From the NCBI GenBank assembly GCA_002430735.1, contig DJCV01000008.1:3111-67110 (forward strand): 64,000 bases of DNA, written 5' to 3'. Source of the DNA: Candidatus Woesebacteria bacterium UBA5941 (GTDB taxonomy: Bacteria; Patescibacteriota; Microgenomatia; UBA8517). The position numbers and the translations under genes are program-made. Shown piece by piece: positions 58,617-64,000 of the stretch; the stretch's first letter is position 1; each line of letters begins with the position of its first letter. The notes under the pieces are model-generated. The model did not search any database and was not told the DNA's origin. It saw only the letters and a program-made list of their open reading frames with translations.

Positions 58617-59327
58617 ATGAAAGGAGTTGTACTCGCAGGTGGTAAGGGCTCACGGCTATACCCACTTACATACGCAACGAATAAACACTTACTTCCCGTG
58701 TTTAATCAACCAATGGTGTTTTACCCCATACAAACCCTTGTGAAGGCCGGCATTACTGAGATACTTGTTGTAACAGGCGGACCTCACGCTGGACACTTTA
58801 TACGAGTTCTAAAGAATGGAAAGGAACTCGGCGTTAGTCACTTAGAATATGCATATCAAGAAGGTGAGGGTGGTATATCAGAAGCGCTAAAACTCGCTGA
58901 GGATTTTGCAGACAATGATAGTATTTGTGTGATATTGGGAGATAATTGCACTGATGCAGAAATTAAAACAAATGTCAGTGCTTTTAAAGATGGTGCACTC
59001 ATTTTCCTAAAGGAAGTGCCAGACCCAGAACGATTTGGTGTACCAACATTAGGAAAATCTGGGGAAGTAATGGAAATTCAAGAGAAGCCAAAAAAACCGG
59101 CATCACCGTACGCAGTCACTGGTCTTTATATCTATGACAACACGGTGTTTGATAAAATAAACCAAATAAAGCCTTCACAAAGGGGAGAGCTTGAAATCAC
59201 CGATGTAAATAATTTGTACATCAAGGAAAAGCGGATGAAATCAACAATACTAGATGGCTATTGGCGTGACGCAGGAACTTTTAAGACACTGTTTGAAGCA
59301 AATAATTATTGGGCACACAAACAGTAA
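58617..59327 (+). CDS. rmlA: Glucose-1-phosphate thymidylyltransferase (short RmlA/SpsI type)
   Basis: LAGGKGSRLYPLT..NKHLLPV, LGDN, EKP, VTGLY, RGELEITD, W.DAGT. Confidence 0.9.
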   Translation: MKGVVLAGGKGSRLYPLTYATNKHLLPVFNQPMVFYPIQTLVKAGITEILVVTGGPHAGHFIRVLKNGKELGVSHLEYAYQEGEGGISEALKLAEDFADNDSICVILGDNCTDAEIKTNVSAFKDGALIFLKEVPDPERFGVPTLGKSGEVMEIQEKPKKPASPYAVTGLYIYDNTVFDKINQIKPSQRGELEITDVNNLYIKEKRMKSTILDGYWRDAGTFKTLFEANNYWAHKQ

Positions 59328-59457
59328 CGAAAATAAACATGATCACACAGAATAATCACTTAAAAAGCAATAATACGGGTAAAACGATACATGATTCGTT
59401 TGATGAAACAAGCAATAAAAAACCTATTGTTGACAGAACCCTTTATAATCAATCTCT

Positions 59458-60582
59458 ATGAAACTTGAAATAATTAGCGCAGCAATCTTAATGTTTAGCG
59501 GATTTTTCAATACCGTAACAAGTACTCTGCAGGATTCAGAATATGTACCTGTTGAAGAAGTGTCATATGTAACAGACGAAAATGGAAACCAAGTTGCGAT
59601 AGAAACAAGTCGTTATGACTGGCGACGAAGGCGAAGAGCAACACCGCAACCGAGCGCGACTGCTACTGCAACAGCCCGCCCTACGATAATGGCTACTGCT
59701 ACACCAACTCCAATAAAGACAACACCATCCCCTGTTGCACTTCCTTCTACGCAGGGAAGGCTCAAGTGGGGTGCTGCTTTCCCTGAATGGCAGCCAGAAG
59801 CTGTCGGTGCTTTTGAAAGCATGATCGGTAAACCAATTGATTACTATGCAACATTCGTTCATTGGGGAAATGAGAAAGATTTCCCGATGCTGTACTCTGG
59901 CGTTGTCCGGGATGCAGGAAAAACAATGGTTATCTTCTGGGAAGCAAAAGACTACAATGTCCCTTCTGTAAATCAGACTCAATATAATTTCGATGCAGTT
60001 CTAAGTGGAAAGTGGGATAGCTACTTTACACAATTTGCGAAAGACGCACGGACATATGGTGGTCCAGTCATTTTAATTCCATATAGCGAATCTAACGACA
60101 ATTCTGGTCCGTGGGGCGGACAAGTAAACGGGAACACTGTGGAAAAGTTTAAACTAGCTTATCAATATATTACGAAATTCTTTAATGATGCTCCGAATGT
60201 TAAGTTTGGATGGGCAATGAATAACGTCTCTTCCCCACAGACTGATGATAACAAGATCGAAAGATATTACCCTGGAGATGAATATGTTGATATTGTCGGA
60301 GTTGATGGATTTAATTTCGGTACTCCATGGCAAACATGGGATCAGGTATTTGGATCAGTATTAACAATGTTATCCCAATACAACAAGCCAATACTTATTG
60401 CTTCAACAGCATCTAAAGAAGGTCCAGAAAAGCCACAATGGATCATTGACGGGTTTGGCACGCAGATTAAAAAATACCCACTTGTCATCGGATGGGTCTG
60501 GTTCAATGAACGAAAGGAACGAGATTGGAGAGTTAATTCCGATGCCGCAACACTCGAAGCATTCAAGAAAGTACTTCCATAA
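59458..60582 (+). CDS. Secreted GH26-fold protein with T/P linker; nucleophile apparently replaced
   Basis: G.WD.Y..FA, SESND..PWG, YYPGDEYVDIVGVDGFN, KPILIAS, WFN..KE.DWR. Confidence 0.85.
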   Translation: MKLEIISAAILMFSGFFNTVTSTLQDSEYVPVEEVSYVTDENGNQVAIETSRYDWRRRRRATPQPSATATATARPTIMATATPTPIKTTPSPVALPSTQGRLKWGAAFPEWQPEAVGAFESMIGKPIDYYATFVHWGNEKDFPMLYSGVVRDAGKTMVIFWEAKDYNVPSVNQTQYNFDAVLSGKWDSYFTQFAKDARTYGGPVILIPYSESNDNSGPWGGQVNGNTVEKFKLAYQYITKFFNDAPNVKFGWAMNNVSSPQTDDNKIERYYPGDEYVDIVGVDGFNFGTPWQTWDQVFGSVLTMLSQYNKPILIASTASKEGPEKPQWIIDGFGTQIKKYPLVIGWVWFNERKERDWRVNSDAATLEAFKKVLP

Positions 60583-60587
60583 GGTAT

Positions 60588-60617
60588 AAAAAACCTGAGG
60601 AGATGTCTCCCCAGGTT
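60588..60617 (-). terminator. Intrinsic terminator between convergent genes
   Basis: AACCTGGGGAGA-CA-TCTCCTCAGGTT stem (one G-U pair) running into a T6 tract on the minus strand. Confidence 0.75.
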
Positions 60618-60648
60618 AATTCAACAAATCACAGTCTTCTGAATCGCA

Positions 60649-61191
60649 TTAGCCTACCTGTTTTGTAGGCTCCAATTCTTCAACACGAGGTGCTACAATC
60701 CTCATCCCTACATATTGAGCGCCGGTAGGAACTGCTAGAACAAGCACCAGTGTCAGCAGATTTAAAACATTATGGCGATCAGTCATTACGAAGCATTGGA
60801 ACAATCCAGCCGTAATCACCGTTAGCGCTACTGCCACTCCTAATTCCCATCGGCTCACAGGCATACAGATATGGTCGCTTGGTTTTGTGCCGTGCAGTGA
60901 GAGGTCATACAATACGACTAGTAACCAGCTTACAGCTACCCCCAATACGCAGATGAAAATGGCGGACACAAAGTCAGCTTTACTTACAGATAAAAGTGCC
61001 ATCAGACTCCAAAGCAGCTGGCTCGGCAACATTACGAGAAAAACGCGAGCTGTGAGATTGCGCAGATTATGACCTTGCATACCGACTAGTTCTTTCCACG
61101 CGGATGGCCGTAAGCCAAGCAGGTAAAACACAGTGACCGGAAATGCCCAAAAGATAATATATAGAACACCTAAACGACGTACAGGATTCAT
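60649..61191 (-). CDS. Hypothetical membrane protein (about 5 TM)
   Basis: Hydrophobic segments, GAGG SD, own terminator. Confidence 0.7.
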   Translation of the reverse strand: MNPVRRLGVLYIIFWAFPVTVFYLLGLRPSAWKELVGMQGHNLRNLTARVFLVMLPSQLLWSLMALLSVSKADFVSAIFICVLGVAVSWLLVVLYDLSLHGTKPSDHICMPVSRWELGVAVALTVITAGLFQCFVMTDRHNVLNLLTLVLVLAVPTGAQYVGMRIVAPRVEELEPTKQVG

Positions 61192-61266
61192 TTCATCCTC
61201 ACTTTGAAATTGAGAAAGGCTAAACGATAGAGAAGTTTATCACGAAGAATCGGCGCAATCCAATGC

Positions 61267-63900
61267 TTAGTTCATTAACGGAAGCACTTCACGAACAGGC
61301 TTAACTGTTATGTTTTGAGCGTCTAAGTAATTAACAATTTCAGTTAACATTGCAGGAGTAGTTGAATACTGAGAACCTGACCCATCAATTGGGTGGAAGA
61401 TCAAGATTAACCATGTCTTCCCTGCTTTTGCTGTGTCAATCCATTGTTTAACGGTTTCAATTGAGGTGTTTACTTCAAGAGATTGTCCTTTGAGAGCATA
61501 CTTATCGCTAGACTTCAACGCGTAACCTGGCACAACGCTTCGAGCAGAAGTCATTCCAGCAGCTTGCATCATATTTTGAATAGTTGCATTGTAGTTACCG
61601 TATGGATACGCAAAGCTTGTAACTGAAGAAATACCCATGCCAAGGATTTCTGAGATTGATCCATTAATTTCAAATTGAGCATCTGCTTCAGAAATAGATG
61701 TTAATGAGGCGTGTGTGCGTGAGTGAGCCCCGATTTCATGCCCTGCATTTTGCATTTCAATAAGTTGTGCTGGGGTGACATAATCAGCGACTTCGTTTAA
61801 TCGAACATTATCAACGGAGAGTTCTCCGTTTGATGCAATCAAATGGAACATTGTCAGTGATTTTACGTTTTGTGGTGTAGCAAAAGTAACTTCGGCAGTA
61901 TTCCAATTACCATTTGTCTGACCAAATGTAGCTAGATCTGCATACTGAATAGAATCATCTGCCATAGTGTATCTGACTGTAAGCTTGCTTTCTGTGTTTG
62001 AATTGTAAGCATCACGGTATATATACGTGGTGCCAGATTCAACAGTGACATCATCAAAGTACCACTTCGCATCCCCGTCAGAATATCCAGCTAAGGCAAC
62101 TTTTACTGCATTCGGTCCATCAACTCCGACTGCTGGGTAAGTAAAGCTCGCACTGTTAGTACCCCAATTTCCTCGATTCCAGTTGTTAGGATTTCCATTT
62201 CCAGCATCGGATTCAAGAGAATTATTAGGAATTAGGTTTGGAGTTGAATTGTTTAAAGTGAACTGACTGACTGCATAAAAAGTACCTTTCATCCCTTTGC
62301 TGTTTAAGATTGGCATTGCATTGGTGTAGTGAGAAATAACACCATCGTCAAACGTTAGCGATACAATTCCTTCAGAGAATCGATCAGATTCAACAGTTTC
62401 AGTTGAAGTAACTGAATACTTATCAACAGTGAGTTCCCCTGTCCCTTGTAATAAATGGAAGATCGTCATTGAAACTGCGTTTACAGGTGTTGCAAAGCTT
62501 TGAGAGAAGGTTGCCCAATTTCCGTTAGATGATGGAACAACTCCAAGTGCTGAATATTGTACGGAATTATCTGCAAGAGTGTATTGTGCAACAACGTAGC
62601 TTGTTGTGTTTGATTTATATGAATCAGAGAAAACATAATTATCTGAGTTAGCAACAACTGCAACATTTTCAAATACCCACTTAGCATCTCCGTCTGTATA
62701 ATTTGTAACTTCAATCTTTGCTGCCTTTACTCCATCAATACCGCTTACTGGGTATGTAAAAGTGGCAGTATTCGTACCCCATGAGCTACTGGTCCAATTT
62801 GCAGGATTATTTCCACTACCTGCAATTTCAAATGATGGGTTCAAAACAATGTTTTGTGCTCCAGGGACTGGAGTAGGTGTAACTGTAGGCGTTGGTGTGC
62901 TTGTTGGTACAAGAGTTGGTGTTGGGGTAACAGTAGGCGTGCTTGTTGGCGTCACTGTTGGAGTAGCGGTAGGTGTTGGTGTAGCAGTAGGCGTGTTTGT
63001 TGGTGTTGCTGTAGGAGTCACAGTCGGTGTTGGTGTCGGGGTTGAATTTGAAACAGTGACAGAAACTGTTGAACTTGTTTTTGTGTTTCCAGCTGCGTCT
63101 CGAGCAATTGCAATAAGAGTATGAGAGGTATTACTTAAGGCAGTTGTATCGACATAAAAATCAAATGGTGCAGAAGTCATCTCTGATCCATAATTCACGC
63201 CATCGAGTTTGAGTTGAACACCTGTGACAGCTACATTATCGCTTGCAGATACCTTAACTTGCATGGTGCCGGATACTGTTGCGTTATTCGCAGGAGCAGT
63301 GATTGAAACAGTCGGACTAACGGTGTCTTTTACAGAAAGTGTATATAAATCAGTATTCAAATACCCTACTTTGTTTAATAAATGCAGTACGCTGACTTTC
63401 ACTGCATTTGCTGGAACAGTGAATGTAACTGTCTTTTTCTTCCAACTGTTTGACGCTGCAACCTTTCCAAGTGAGGCATAAAGAAAAGTTCCATCTGCCA
63501 TTGTATATTCAGCCTCAAGAGCTGTTTGTACATTTGATTGATAATAATCGCTAAATGTATATTCCTGCCCAGGAGTTACCAGTACGGGATCAAACTGCCA
63601 TGTCGCATTACCGTTTGTACGCTGGGTCATTTGCAATCTGAGCCCGTTTTCTCCATCATAACCGGCTGCAGGATATGTGGCGGTTGTTGTGTTTTTTCCA
63701 AAAATAGCAGTTTCCCACTGTGATGGGATAGATGGATTGCTTGATGCAACTTCTACTGATGGATTTGCGATAGTTGTTGTTGGTGCTGGCGTTGCAGTCA
63801 CTTCGGTTTGAACTGAAAGCACTTCAGGAGCTGGAACGAGTGCTGCTTGTACGTGCGTGTAAAGCACAATAATTCCAATCATAAAAACAAAGACCGCCAT
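61267..63900 (-). CDS. Secreted modular CE4/NodB polysaccharide deacetylase with three CBM-like domains, an Ig-like domain and a PT linker
   Basis: TFDDG, HSRTH, FAYPYG, LIFH; three repeats of NPS.E..P..W..TYP..G.DG..GDAKW.F; DTVSPTVSITAP Ig domain. Confidence 0.88.
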   Translation of the reverse strand: MAVFVFMIGIIVLYTHVQAALVPAPEVLSVQTEVTATPAPTTTIANPSVEVASSNPSIPSQWETAIFGKNTTTATYPAAGYDGENGLRLQMTQRTNGNATWQFDPVLVTPGQEYTFSDYYQSNVQTALEAEYTMADGTFLYASLGKVAASNSWKKKTVTFTVPANAVKVSVLHLLNKVGYLNTDLYTLSVKDTVSPTVSITAPANNATVSGTMQVKVSASDNVAVTGVQLKLDGVNYGSEMTSAPFDFYVDTTALSNTSHTLIAIARDAAGNTKTSSTVSVTVSNSTPTPTPTVTPTATPTNTPTATPTPTATPTVTPTSTPTVTPTPTLVPTSTPTPTVTPTPVPGAQNIVLNPSFEIAGSGNNPANWTSSSWGTNTATFTYPVSGIDGVKAAKIEVTNYTDGDAKWVFENVAVVANSDNYVFSDSYKSNTTSYVVAQYTLADNSVQYSALGVVPSSNGNWATFSQSFATPVNAVSMTIFHLLQGTGELTVDKYSVTSTETVESDRFSEGIVSLTFDDGVISHYTNAMPILNSKGMKGTFYAVSQFTLNNSTPNLIPNNSLESDAGNGNPNNWNRGNWGTNSASFTYPAVGVDGPNAVKVALAGYSDGDAKWYFDDVTVESGTTYIYRDAYNSNTESKLTVRYTMADDSIQYADLATFGQTNGNWNTAEVTFATPQNVKSLTMFHLIASNGELSVDNVRLNEVADYVTPAQLIEMQNAGHEIGAHSRTHASLTSISEADAQFEINGSISEILGMGISSVTSFAYPYGNYNATIQNMMQAAGMTSARSVVPGYALKSSDKYALKGQSLEVNTSIETVKQWIDTAKAGKTWLILIFHPIDGSGSQYSTTPAMLTEIVNYLDAQNITVKPVREVLPLMN
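62863..63043 (-). repeat. Coding Pro/Thr linker, imperfect TPTxTP repeats
   Basis: About 60 codons of (TPT[AVNPS])n with degenerate codon usage. Confidence 0.85.
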
Positions 63901-64000
63901 AAGGGTTTGTGAAAAATGTCTGCTTGAATAATTAATTATATTTTTAATTTAATTTTTCATGTTTTATGATTTTGGTTCATTTTTACATTCAACATCCCGT

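Noticed and set aside
58588-59449. TTTACA-N7-TATAAT and TTGACA-N8-TATAAT as a novel short-spacer promoter class
   Set aside because: Too few cases in AT-rich DNA, and other promoters here show normal 16-17 nt spacing
62863-63043. PT tract as a contingency VNTR
   Set aside because: Synonymous codons vary between units, so it is a protein-level linker rather than a perfect DNA repeat
219-63723. Numerous 60-155 aa ORFs antisense to or nested in larger genes (e.g. 14070, 18766, 59563, 62762)
   Set aside because: Shadow frames of well-supported genes; the GV-rich ones are antisense reads of PT linkers
1-64000. CRISPR arrays, tRNA/rRNA, IS elements, integrases
   Set aside because: Intergenic gaps are short; no spaced direct repeats, cloverleafs or transposase/integrase motifs were seen
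1-64000. UGA recoding (code 25, as in Gracilibacteria/SR1)
   Set aside because: Genes are full length under code 11, and TGA ends many genes in ATGA overlaps

Overview
A densely packed, mostly minus-strand bacterial region devoted almost entirely to cell-surface glycosylation. Gene style suggests Patescibacteria/CPR, Microgenomates-like (inference: short or overlapping spacers, few Shine-Dalgarno sites, expanded ArnT/PMT-like families). TGA is used as stop, so the code is standard code 11. Positions 1-51 kb hold 16 polytopic GT-C-type membrane proteins, five polyprenyl-phosphate sugar synthases, soluble GT2/GT4 enzymes, three Wzx-type flippases and NDP-sugar enzymes. Interspersed are an RlmN-fold radical SAM protein lacking both methyl-transfer cysteines, an SDR, an NrnA-type DHH protein, an HTH-NUDIX-like protein and several orphans, followed by trmD. 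The strongest candidate for an undescribed system is 52-58.4 kb, a co-oriented operon: small membrane-anchored protein, GT-C-like protein, PilZ-less processive GT2 synthase, membrane-fusion protein and GH81 beta-1,3-glucanase. It looks like a beta-1,3 or mixed-linkage glucan synthesis and export machine. Next to it are rmlA, a GH26-fold protein whose nucleophile Glu appears to be Ser, and a CBM-rich CE4 deacetylase. No RNA genes, CRISPR or mobile elements were seen. All family calls come from motif recognition by eye, not database searches.
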